A stretch of DNA of 62,905 nucleotides, counting the filler. It is 5 parts of 5 records of this genome, joined end to end, with 100 filler letters (N's around TTAATTAATTAA, not from the genome) between each part and the next. Parts side by side here need not be neighbours in the genome. Positions count along the whole stretch, not along the records: positions 1 to 25,983 come from SRR15195285_749; 4 more parts are not named here. The stretch is one strand, 5' to 3'. Shown here piece by piece: positions 18,594 to 25,638 of the stretch. Each line of letters starts with the position of its first letter. Positions within the stretch are counted from its first letter, which is position 1. Under the pieces are notes generated by a model that saw nothing but the letters and a program-made list of their open reading frames with translations, was not told where the DNA came from and ran no database searches. The position numbers were made by a program, and so were the translations under genes.

Positions 18594-19349
18594 TTACAAT
18601 ATATCAAGCACTTGCGAGTGATCTACATTGTCAATTAATTTCTGTACCGCTTGCTTTTTAAGCTCAGATACACGTACATAAGAGCTAACACCGTTTATGT
18701 TTAAGATGCTAGCAATTTCTTTAGCTGAGTGTTTATCACAGTCTAAACCGTAACTTAGTCTCAACACTTCGTATTCGTTACCAGTTAAATGTTTTTGCAT
18801 TAAACTTTTTAAATACACATTCATTAACTGTATATTATATGGCTCAGATTTATCTTCAACCTGATGCATCATGTTCTCGTCGTCGTCATTTAATACTTGA
18901 GCGTCTATACTCAAGAACACACTATTAAAGAACATAGCAACCATAGCTTTGTCTTGAGGGTTTTTACGTATCTCATTTAGTTTGTGTTCTGGTATACGTA
19001 TATCACCTCGTTGCATATCAATTCTACGCCTGATGTTACCTTTTATACGTTTACTAAAAAATGATTTTAAAGTTTTCTCAACGTCTTCAGATTCATTTAA
19101 CATTTCCCAGTCAAGTTTATTTACAGCTTTTATTAAACCTTCGTTACCTATTTGCAACAAATCATTGATACTTAAAACACCTGATGCTTGCTGCGTAGTT
19201 GAAAACTTGCGTGCTAGGTTTTCTACAAGAGGCATAAACCTTATTATGAGCTCGTCTCTAGTATATTCATGATAACTATAAACAGGAGGCATAGATCTCT
19301 TTATGTCTTCTTTATATCTCACGTAGTTTTGTACATTATATTTCTTCAT
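18594..19349 (-). CDS. Phage sigma-70-family RNA polymerase sigma factor
   Basis: Region 2 (LVENLARKF..DLLQIGNEGLIKAV), IRIP, region 4 (E.EVLRLSYGL...KEIA..L...RVSELKKQA). Confidence 0.9.
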   Translation of the reverse strand: MKKYNVQNYVRYKEDIKRSMPPVYSYHEYTRDELIIRFMPLVENLARKFSTTQQASGVLSINDLLQIGNEGLIKAVNKLDWEMLNESEDVEKTLKSFFSKRIKGNIRRRIDMQRGDIRIPEHKLNEIRKNPQDKAMVAMFFNSVFLSIDAQVLNDDDENMMHQVEDKSEPYNIQLMNVYLKSLMQKHLTGNEYEVLRLSYGLDCDKHSAKEIASILNINGVSSYVRVSELKKQAVQKLIDNVDHSQVLDIL

Positions 19350-19446
19350 AATCTTCTAGTTTTTCAAAAGCTTGTGACATTAGCCTGTTATCAGCATAGT
19401 ATATATTACCTATGTTTGCCATCCACTCGTTAAAGTCTTGTTTCAT
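19336..19446 (-). CDS. Hypothetical 36-aa protein (not in ORF track)
   Basis: MKQDFNEWMANIGNIYYADN...; ATGA overlap with the upstream gene. Confidence 0.5.
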   Translation of the reverse strand: MKQDFNEWMANIGNIYYADNRLMSQAFEKLEDYEEI

Positions 19447-20063
19447 AATTCTTGATTTAATAATTCTTTTTCTTTCTTAAGATCCATACCCATATTTCTA
19501 TGTATTGTACGAGCTGAGCAGTCTAACAGTTTAGCTATATTTGCTATCGTTATTTTCTTGTTCATGTCGTGTATATCTAACATGCACTGGTAAATATCAT
19601 CTTCGTGTACTGTTTTAGATCTACCTACCATTTTGCCTACAACACTTAATTTTTCTTCAGTTGTTAGTTTACAAAACTCCTTGAAGATAATCTTACGTTG
19701 TTTGTTACGCGGTGGTTGATCTAAGTCCATCATACTCACTTCATATACCATTGTGTATAGCAACGATTCATTAACAGTAAATGTTATAAAACCAGTGCGC
19801 TTGTTACATATATACTTAAATAAAGCTTGAAACTCATCTTGATCTAGTTGAGGGTTTAAATACCATAGAACAAGCATATGCCACTTAAGAGATTTATATG
19901 TTGTTATCTTAGCTTTGCTACGAAATAATTCATAGCATTCATATGTACCATCTTCATAGTAATCACCCCAGTCAAACGACTCTGTTGGTTTATCTGTGAT
20001 CGGTGATCTACGGTATATGATACGTCTCTTGATAAGATAATCAAGGTTTCTATTGTGTGACAT
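19443..20063 (-). CDS. Putative DNA-binding protein with C-terminal HTH
   Basis: KITIANIAKLLDCSARTIHRNM helix-turn-helix. Confidence 0.7.
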   Translation of the reverse strand: MSHNRNLDYLIKRRIIYRRSPITDKPTESFDWGDYYEDGTYECYELFRSKAKITTYKSLKWHMLVLWYLNPQLDQDEFQALFKYICNKRTGFITFTVNESLLYTMVYEVSMMDLDQPPRNKQRKIIFKEFCKLTTEEKLSVVGKMVGRSKTVHEDDIYQCMLDIHDMNKKITIANIAKLLDCSARTIHRNMGMDLKKEKELLNQEL

Positions 20064-20099
20064 AAGCCTATTACTATTTATATTCGAGGGCTGTTGTCA
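20058..20099. promoter_or_regulatory. Imperfect inverted repeat over the HTH gene start (operator or origin candidate)
   Basis: TGACATAAGCC-N20-GGCTGTTGTCA. Confidence 0.4.
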
Positions 20100-20203
20100 T
20101 AGTCCTCGGTTGGTATTAATTGTTGGTAAAAAATATGATTATTATTATAATCATTTTCTGTCTCCAACCTCATTTGTTCAAATAATTCTCTAGTTCTACC
20201 CAT
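20078..20203 (-). CDS. Hypothetical 41-aa protein (not in ORF track)
   Basis: MGRTRELFEQMRLETEN...; overlaps the glycosylase stop. Confidence 0.45.
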   Translation of the reverse strand: MGRTRELFEQMRLETENDYNNNHIFYQQLIPTEDYDNSPRI

Positions 20204-20669
20204 TTGGTCTTGTTATTATTTCTTCACCTTTGTTTCTTACTGAAACTTTTTCAGCTTCATAATAATTCCAATACGCTGATACACTGTCGCCTTCAACTTT
20301 GTATTCATCAGGCATACATTGTGGTGGCTCTGTAAAACCGATATCAGGTATACCAGCTGGAGCAAACGCTAGAGCATCTCTGCATTTTTCAATACTAAGA
20401 TGATACTTACCGTATCGTTTAGTATATTGCTTACCGATACCTAGCATATGCTCATACAACCAATAGTAGTTTGATCTACTAGATCTAGCCCATATTGTAG
20501 ACGGATGGTTTAAATGCGCTTTCTTATAAGGCACATTGTCACCGTTGTCGTGTACGTGATGAGCTGTACAAAGCATTTGAGCACATTCTAAGATCATTTT
20601 AACTTTATGTTTATCATAAAAGAATGTTGCAGCTTTGTATGGGTTATGGTGTAAATAAAATATATTCAT
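20196..20669 (-). CDS. Pyrimidine-dimer DNA glycosylase-like protein (DenV/Pyr_excise family)
   Basis: MNIF, KH..KMILE.AQMLCTAH, H.NHPSTIWAR. Confidence 0.75.
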   Translation of the reverse strand: MNIFYLHHNPYKAATFFYDKHKVKMILECAQMLCTAHHVHDNGDNVPYKKAHLNHPSTIWARSSRSNYYWLYEHMLGIGKQYTKRYGKYHLSIEKCRDALAFAPAGIPDIGFTEPPQCMPDEYKVEGDSVSAYWNYYEAEKVSVRNKGEEIITRPNG

Positions 20670-20776
20670 TAGTATTTCTTATTATTAACTCTGTTATAAT
20701 GACAGTCAAGAAGCTGATGTACAACTTCTTCACTTATCATATTTTCATTGTATAGTTTCCATATTAGCTTACTCAT
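20669..20776 (-). CDS. Hypothetical 35-aa protein (not in ORF track)
   Basis: MSKLIWKLYNENMISEEVVHQLLD...; coupled at both ends. Confidence 0.5.
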   Translation of the reverse strand: MSKLIWKLYNENMISEEVVHQLLDCHYNRVNNKKY

Positions 20777-21033
20777 ACCATTTCGTAATAATAAGATTTG
20801 AATCTTTCAATTATACCTCTACCATTTGCGGTGTGAAATCCGTAAGAGTGTGTGTGTAAGCCTTTAATTGGTTTATTTTCTATAACTAGCAAAAATATAT
20901 CCCATGGATCTACTGTGTCCATGTCATAAGAAACTTCATTTATAGCGTCAGCCATAGCATATTTATCGTGTTTAATTACACCGTATTTTTTTACAATATA
21001 ATTTTCTATTTTATCTGCTTTTATATTATTCAT
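20773..21033 (-). CDS. Hypothetical protein (start MNNIKADK; shorter than the ORF-track call)
   Basis: ATG at 21033 overlaps the ligase stop region; the longer version would lie inside the ligase. Confidence 0.55.
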   Translation of the reverse strand: MNNIKADKIENYIVKKYGVIKHDKYAMADAINEVSYDMDTVDPWDIFLLVIENKPIKGLHTHSYGFHTANGRGIIERFKSYYYEMV

Positions 21034-21862
21034 AATTTCTAAGTGTTTTAAACAGCGGATGTCTGTAAGAACCTGCTTGTGTTCGTTGAAAATAAGTAAA
21101 GGTAGCACGTTGACCGATATAATCGTGTATGTTATCGAGTATATTTTTACGATCTGCGTAGTTATAGCCTTTACCGATAGGACAGCCAAACTCATTGCCG
21201 TCATCATCTTGCATAAAGAACTTGCCAATAAGACCTGTAAACTTGCCTTTGCCAGCTTCATAGCCTACAATAGTAGCTTCAGTGTCACTGAAGTCTTTGA
21301 ACTTCTGCAAATTGTAAGAACGTTTGTGCTCATACTTTTTGTTAAGACGTAGCATAGAGCCTTCGTAACCTTGAGCTAAGTGTACATCGTGTAACATTTT
21401 AGCTTCATCTTGGCTTTCAACAACTGTATTTTTAATAAGTGTCATTGTAGCTGCAATAGGCAAGTAACGAGTTAGCCAATTAAAACGATCTTCGTAATTA
21501 ACGTCGTGTAGCATATTGTGAATACCATCATATACATGATATTGTACAAGGTTTTCTGCGTCACGCGCATCCTGATCAGTCGGTTTTTGTTTTCTGACTA
21601 ATGATATGATCTTTTCAAAATCGTCCTTTAGAGCATGATTATACAACTCACCGTCTAGTATTACGTTAGGATGTTTTCTGAAAAAATCTGTTAGATCATA
21701 CTTTATATGAGCCAGGTTTTTGAATTCTTTACCTGTACGAGAGTATGCACCGTCTTTGGTGAATATACAACGAACACCGTCAAGCTTAGGTTGTATGAAT
21801 ACTTTCTCGGACCAGTCGACAGGTTTTTTGTCTACTTTGTATGCGAGCATTGGTTTTATCAT
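21026..21862 (-). CDS. ATP-dependent DNA ligase
   Basis: KLDGVR adenylation motif, LDGELY, EG.MLR, K.K, OB fold with R.P.F. Confidence 0.93.
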   Translation of the reverse strand: MIKPMLAYKVDKKPVDWSEKVFIQPKLDGVRCIFTKDGAYSRTGKEFKNLAHIKYDLTDFFRKHPNVILDGELYNHALKDDFEKIISLVRKQKPTDQDARDAENLVQYHVYDGIHNMLHDVNYEDRFNWLTRYLPIAATMTLIKNTVVESQDEAKMLHDVHLAQGYEGSMLRLNKKYEHKRSYNLQKFKDFSDTEATIVGYEAGKGKFTGLIGKFFMQDDDGNEFGCPIGKGYNYADRKNILDNIHDYIGQRATFTYFQRTQAGSYRHPLFKTLRNYE

Positions 21863-22137
21863 AGTTTATATTTGTTTTTTAAGTGTTTAATTTTATTTGC
21901 TACGATTCTTGCAGCTTCGTAATTTTCTTCTGTTTCTAGTTTGTCTAATGTTTCTTGAAGACCGTCAATCTCTTCGATTATAAGCTCGTCTTGAGTTATA
22001 GTGCCGAACTCAATATTGGTATTTTCGTCTACCATTGATTGAATATCGGCCTTAAACTCTTCGTCATAAGCTTTTTGTCTTTCGATTATCTTGTCGACAA
22101 TAATGTCAGCCAACTTGCTCATTTCTTTATCTGTCAT
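21859..22137 (-). CDS. Acidic protein with C-terminal UVR-like motif
   Basis: ENYEAARIVANKIK resembles the UvrB/UvrC interaction helix. Confidence 0.5.
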   Translation of the reverse strand: MTDKEMSKLADIIVDKIIERQKAYDEEFKADIQSMVDENTNIEFGTITQDELIIEEIDGLQETLDKLETEENYEAARIVANKIKHLKNKYKL

Positions 22138-22371
22138 TTATGATACTCTTCTATAGTTATAAGTTGATAATACGTGTTTGTTAATAAACTTGCCTTTAGA
22201 TTGAGATAATCTTAAGCCTTCGAATACAAAGTTTGGAACTTTAGTATAGCTGTAAGAACTACCGTTTGTATACGTCAAGGTTAGTTTATAGCTATCATAC
22301 TCATAATCAGCCTTTTGTATAGCTGTTGAGTTGACTTCTACAGTCTGCATTGGTAAAATTAATTTGTTCAT
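22138..22371 (-). CDS. KTSC domain protein
   Basis: VNSTAI...YE....L.L.Y.NG..Y.Y..VP...S.GKF.N signature. Confidence 0.85.
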   Translation of the reverse strand: MNKLILPMQTVEVNSTAIQKADYEYDSYKLTLTYTNGSSYSYTKVPNFVFEGLRLSQSKGKFINKHVLSTYNYRRVS

Positions 22372-22397
22372 AAGTTATTTAATTTAATTGTTATTAT

Positions 22398-22429
22398 TAT
22401 TATCCGATGTTAATCGTATTTAGTTTGTA
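22398..22429 (-). promoter_or_regulatory. Phage promoter-like motif, copy 1
   Basis: Minus strand TACAAACTAAATACGA-N8-GGATAATA, upstream of the KTSC/ligase block. Confidence 0.7.
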
Positions 22430-22430
22430 A

Positions 22431-22694
22431 TTAATCTAGCAAAGCCATATAAGCTTCAGGGTTATTTTGCCTGAACCATCTGATACCTTTTTCATAATCT
22501 CTTATCATATCGTCATTAACTCTATTAGAGGATCTTTCAAATAATGTAGCACATCCGACTAAAAAGTCATACATACTAAGCTCTACGTTGTTTAACTCGT
22601 ATTCTTCTTTGCTAAATGGATTTTCTACTATTAATCCTTCTGTGTAAAGTGATCCTGTAAACCACTTTGGTAATTCTTGTTTTGTTTCTGTCAT
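22431..22694 (-). CDS. Hypothetical early protein
   Basis: 87-aa ORF ending NPEAYMALLD. Confidence 0.65.
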   Translation of the reverse strand: MTETKQELPKWFTGSLYTEGLIVENPFSKEEYELNNVELSMYDFLVGCATLFERSSNRVNDDMIRDYEKGIRWFRQNNPEAYMALLD

Positions 22695-22703
22695 TTTATT
22701 TAT

Positions 22704-22859
22704 TTATTTATTGTTTATATTCCAGTAATACTCACAACCTTTATTTTCTATAGGCGTGGGCTTAAAGTATGATTGATACTCGGACGGCTTTGCTGTGAAA
22801 CGATAGCAAGTATGCTTCGCCTCACAACCGTCTCCATTGCACATTGATATATCTGGCAT
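22704..22859 (-). CDS. Cys-rich 51-aa protein (not in ORF track)
   Basis: MPDISMCNGDGCEAKHTCYRFTAKPSEYQSYF...CEYYW. Confidence 0.6.
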   Translation of the reverse strand: MPDISMCNGDGCEAKHTCYRFTAKPSEYQSYFKPTPIENKGCEYYWNINNK

Positions 22860-22861
22860 GG

Positions 22862-23368
22862 TTAACTTAGTATTACATCTATTTTGTTTATAAATTCTGC
22901 TTCTGTTTTAGGATCATCATACACGTAACCTTCGTCTTTTAGTTCGTCGATAACTTCTTCTTCGAATCTCTCAGCTAGATACTCAAATAACTGTATGATG
23001 GCATCGTCAATGAATTGCTGGTGAAGATCATCTACATATATAATTTCAGGGTCTTCTTCATCGCCGTTAGAATATTTAATAAATTCTCTAATAACATCAT
23101 TTAGATCGCTGTCGTAATAGTATACGTTTTCGTTTACATTTACAGAACTTTGGTTATGCGTAGCTATAAACACTGAATACCCGTCAGCTGTTGACTCTTC
23201 ATACACATAGAAGTCTGCATCACTACAATAGTCATCTGTAAACTCTATACCGAAATGTTTTAATACTGATTCTCTAGCTAGATCTTCGTCGTTGATCTGC
23301 TTTTCACCGAAACCTTTAGCTTCTAGTCTTTCGTTAATTAGTTCGTCTGTGATTAGTTTTTTACTCAT
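22862..23368 (-). CDS. Highly acidic early protein
   Basis: About 45 D/E against about 13 K/R in 168 aa (hand count). Confidence 0.65.
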   Translation of the reverse strand: MSKKLITDELINERLEAKGFGEKQINDEDLARESVLKHFGIEFTDDYCSDADFYVYEESTADGYSVFIATHNQSSVNVNENVYYYDSDLNDVIREFIKYSNGDEEDPEIIYVDDLHQQFIDDAIIQLFEYLAERFEEEVIDELKDEGYVYDDPKTEAEFINKIDVILS

Positions 23369-23369
23369 A

Positions 23370-23594
23370 TTATTGTTTTTCTATTAATTCTGTAATGTAA
23401 TTCCATACTTGTAGTTCTTTTTTATAACCTTCTAGTACTTGTTCAAATTCTTCATATGTAACACCTCCGATGTTACCTGTTTTTAAGTCTTCTTTGTAAG
23501 TTTCAATATCTAAAGTTAATATTGTAACTTTTGCAAAAGCTTTATTGCTTGCTCTATTCTTAATATCTGCAAGCGTCCATTCGCACATAACCAT
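23370..23594 (-). CDS. Hypothetical early protein
   Basis: 74-aa ORF coupled to its neighbours. Confidence 0.6.
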   Translation of the reverse strand: MVMCEWTLADIKNRASNKAFAKVTILTLDIETYKEDLKTGNIGGVTYEEFEQVLEGYKKELQVWNYITELIEKQ

Positions 23595-23842
23595 TATGCT
23601 ACGTTGTTTTCAACTTCGAACACGTCTTCACCGTAACGCCAGTCGAATGATTTTCTGTCAAGATATTCCATGTCAGAGAACACAAAGATGTTTAACAATT
23701 GACGTACAGTTAAGTCGTCGTAGTAAAATAATTGAGTAAGTAAGAACTCAATATCGTTAGTCATATCAGGATATCTAACCTTGTTGTCTTCCAAGCCTTT
23801 TTTAAACTCGGGCTTTAGCCGAGATAATAAGTTTGATCTCAT
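23594..23842 (-). CDS. Hypothetical early protein
   Basis: 82-aa ORF coupled to the downstream gene. Confidence 0.6.
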   Translation of the reverse strand: MRSNLLSRLKPEFKKGLEDNKVRYPDMTNDIEFLLTQLFYYDDLTVRQLLNIFVFSDMEYLDRKSFDWRYGEDVFEVENNVA

Positions 23843-23846
23843 ATGT

Positions 23847-23993
23847 TTATTCTTTTATATATTTTGCAATTTCTTTGCATGTTTCTAAAATGTCTTCGAA
23901 GTATAGATTATCATATAGATTATCTAAATCGTCGTCGTCTGAGTACATAATAGTACTTAGTAAGCTGTCTAATTCTTGGTAAAGGTATTTCAT
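23847..23993 (-). CDS. Acidic 48-aa early protein (not in ORF track)
   Basis: MKYLYQELDSLLSTIMYSDDDDLDNLYDNLYFEDILETCKEIAKYIKE; first gene after promoter copy 2. Confidence 0.55.
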   Translation of the reverse strand: MKYLYQELDSLLSTIMYSDDDDLDNLYDNLYFEDILETCKEIAKYIKE

Positions 23994-24021
23994 AGTTATA
24001 ATTTTTTATTTGTTACATTAA

Positions 24022-24053
24022 TATTATCCATTAGTCGTCGTATTTTGTTTGTA
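24022..24053 (-). promoter_or_regulatory. Phage promoter-like motif, copy 2
   Basis: Minus strand TACAAACAAAATACGA-N8-GGATAATA. Confidence 0.7.
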
Positions 24054-24174
24054 CATCTCGTTTGTTGTTCTTATGTTGTCTGTTACTTTTACAATAAGGA
24101 CAGCTTCCGTTGTTTCTGCAAGTTTTATCAAACCTTTTTGAACCAGTGTAGGGCTTTTTTTTAGTCCTGCTCAT
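24031..24174 (-). CDS. Small basic Cys-containing protein, 47 aa (not in ORF track)
   Basis: MSRTKKKPYTGSKRFDKTCRNNGSCPYCKSNRQHKNNKR... Confidence 0.6.
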   Translation of the reverse strand: MSRTKKKPYTGSKRFDKTCRNNGSCPYCKSNRQHKNNKRDVQTKYDD

Positions 24175-24178
24175 CTAA

Positions 24179-24451
24179 TTAATTAAGGTCTGCTAGTTTA
24201 TATTCACCAGAATCTATCTTAGCTCTAGTATCTGCAGTAAATTCTCCTAAAAACTCGTTACGATATTTACTAGTTGTACGCGAGTAGTCCCAATAGTAAT
24301 CATCTAATGTAATTTTACCATTATTGTCACGTAAAGCGATAACACTGTTGTAACTTTGAAAATAAGTTCCGTAGTTCGTATATATAACGAACTGATTAGC
24401 TACAGGTCTTCCTGAGCGGTTGCTTGTCATTTGTCTAACTTTTGCTGTCAT
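24179..24451 (-). CDS. Hypothetical phage early protein
   Basis: 90-aa ORF with FQSYNSVIA...WDYSRTTSKYRNEFLG pattern. Confidence 0.7.
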   Translation of the reverse strand: MTAKVRQMTSNRSGRPVANQFVIYTNYGTYFQSYNSVIALRDNNGKITLDDYYWDYSRTTSKYRNEFLGEFTADTRAKIDSGEYKLADLN

Positions 24452-24466
24452 ATTTAATTGTTTTAG

Positions 24467-24570
24467 TGGACGTGGCAGGAATCGAACCTGCGTTACTATA
24501 TATGAGTTAGTGGGCTACTGTCTTGCAGATTTACGCGCTAACTTCCAATAGTCTAACCATTTTCACGCCC
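24467..24570 (-). ncRNA. tmRNA-TLD-like / tRNA-Ala-like RNA, 104 nt, no tag ORF or canonical anticodon arm
   Basis: Acceptor GGGCGTG/CACGTCC with G3-U70 and discriminator A; T-arm GCAGG-TTCGATT-CCTGC; 5' leader AAAATGGTTAGAC resembles a tmRNA D-loop. Confidence 0.65.
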
Positions 24571-24575
24571 ATTTG

Positions 24576-24663
24576 TAACTAGTGAGGGAATCGAACCCTC
24601 ATACTCGTCAGCAGTAATGAACTCTGGTTAATTTAATAACTCCTGTTGCATCCACACCTAGTT
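24576..24663 (-). ncRNA. Second tRNA-like RNA, ~88 nt, no canonical D or anticodon arm
   Basis: AACTAG/CTAGTT acceptor-like stem; T-arm GAGGG-TTCGATT-CCCTC. Confidence 0.5.
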
Positions 24664-24667
24664 TCCG

Positions 24668-24750
24668 CTAGAGTCGGCCTCTGAGGACAAATGCACGTCA
24701 TTAATCGATATGCCCTGACTTATATTGCCCTGATTAGACCACTCATCTAG
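24668..24750 (-). ncRNA. Long nested hairpin, candidate structured RNA
   Basis: GAGT-GGTCT/AGGCC-G-ACTC, AGGGCAA/TTGTCCT and GTCA/TGAC nested stems. Confidence 0.4.
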
Positions 24751-24774
24751 CTATTAGCTATTCGCCTCGTCTAG

Positions 24775-24963
24775 CTACTTACGCCGCCAAGCTCTGTGCA
24801 CGGATGCACTTACTTCTTGGCTGACAATTTGTATTGTATTGCCTGTCTTGTGCTCGATAATAGGTACATACGAATATGTTTGAGTTGTCGAGTGCTCAAC
24901 ACACGTTTTATAACCTAATTCCAACCTCACAGGGTGTACTTCATTTCCACATTTACAATACAT
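24775..24963 (-). CDS. DksA/TraR-like zinc-finger protein
   Basis: YCKCG..V.P.RLE....TCVEH resembles the TraR/DksA C4 finger. Confidence 0.55.
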   Translation of the reverse strand: MYCKCGNEVHPVRLELGYKTCVEHSTTQTYSYVPIIEHKTGNTIQIVSQEVSASVHRAWRRK

Positions 24964-24991
24964 AGTTTATTATTTTTATTTGTTACATATA

Positions 24992-25023
24992 TATTATCCA
25001 GAGATAATCGTATTTTGTTTGTA
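24992..25023 (-). promoter_or_regulatory. Phage promoter-like motif, copy 3
   Basis: Minus strand TACAAACAAAATACGA-N8-GGATAATA; shares downstream ATGTAACAAATAAAAA with copy 2. Confidence 0.7.
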
Positions 25024-25221
25024 ATTATCAACATCTACAAGATCCACTTGTTCTAGTAATTTAATTACAGTTTGGTAGACAGTGTAATCTCTTAGATTAT
25101 AATAGTCATCACCGTTTACATCATAGTCCGCTATGGACCATTCCACCTGCTCTCTCAGGGTTTCTAGTATAACATCAGCTTGATACTGAGCTATCTCGTC
25201 TATTTCGTTCATTTTACTCAT
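24994..25221 (-). CDS. Hypothetical acidic early protein
   Basis: 75-aa ORF. Confidence 0.55.
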   Translation of the reverse strand: MSKMNEIDEIAQYQADVILETLREQVEWSIADYDVNGDDYYNLRDYTVYQTVIKLLEQVDLVDVDNYKQNTIISG

Positions 25222-25417
25222 AAAATCTGTCTTTCATGTTTTCTAAAGCTATTTTATAGCCAAAGTTAATACTCATTTGCATTAGTAATATATCCATAGA
25301 TCCTTGGTTTGCTTTAGCAAAAGATTCTAGATACTCTCTATCTTGTGGAGTTGCCACGATACCTTTGTCTAACATTTTTAACTCGTGTTCTACAAAGTCT
25401 TTTATTTTTTCTGTCAT
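25214..25417 (-). CDS. Hypothetical early protein
   Basis: 67-aa ORF. Confidence 0.6.
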   Translation of the reverse strand: MTEKIKDFVEHELKMLDKGIVATPQDREYLESFAKANQGSMDILLMQMSINFGYKIALENMKDRFYE

Positions 25418-25418
25418 A

Positions 25419-25553
25419 TTATTTGAATTTAGCCGCTACTTCACGGATTTCTGATTTGTCTTCATTGTCGAGCCCAGGAGTTTGCTGAGCGTACATACGT
25501 AGTACATAGTGTACGAAAGTACAATCGCTGTCTGTTAGTTTTATATTTCTCAT
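25419..25553 (-). CDS. Hypothetical 44-aa protein (not in ORF track)
   Basis: MRNIKLTDSDCTFVHYVLRMYAQQTPGLDNEDKSEIREVAAKFK. Confidence 0.55.
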   Translation of the reverse strand: MRNIKLTDSDCTFVHYVLRMYAQQTPGLDNEDKSEIREVAAKFK

Positions 25554-25638
25554 TTTACTCATATAATTTATTTAGTTGTTTTTTTATTATACTGTGTGTT
25601 ATACCACCATTGTTTGTTTAATTTTGGAATTGTTGCTT

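Noticed and set aside
21034-21261. N-terminal extension of ORF 20773-21261
   Set aside because: It lies inside the ligase gene in another frame; the ATG at 21033 is the better start.
24467-24663. Two canonical tRNA genes
   Set aside because: No 5-bp anticodon stem with a 7-nt loop can be drawn in either element; reported as tRNA-like ncRNAs instead.
22398-25023. Repeated motif as a CRISPR array or attachment site
   Set aside because: Copies are ~1-1.6 kb apart, each before a start codon; no regular repeat-spacer structure, and no cas or integrase gene.
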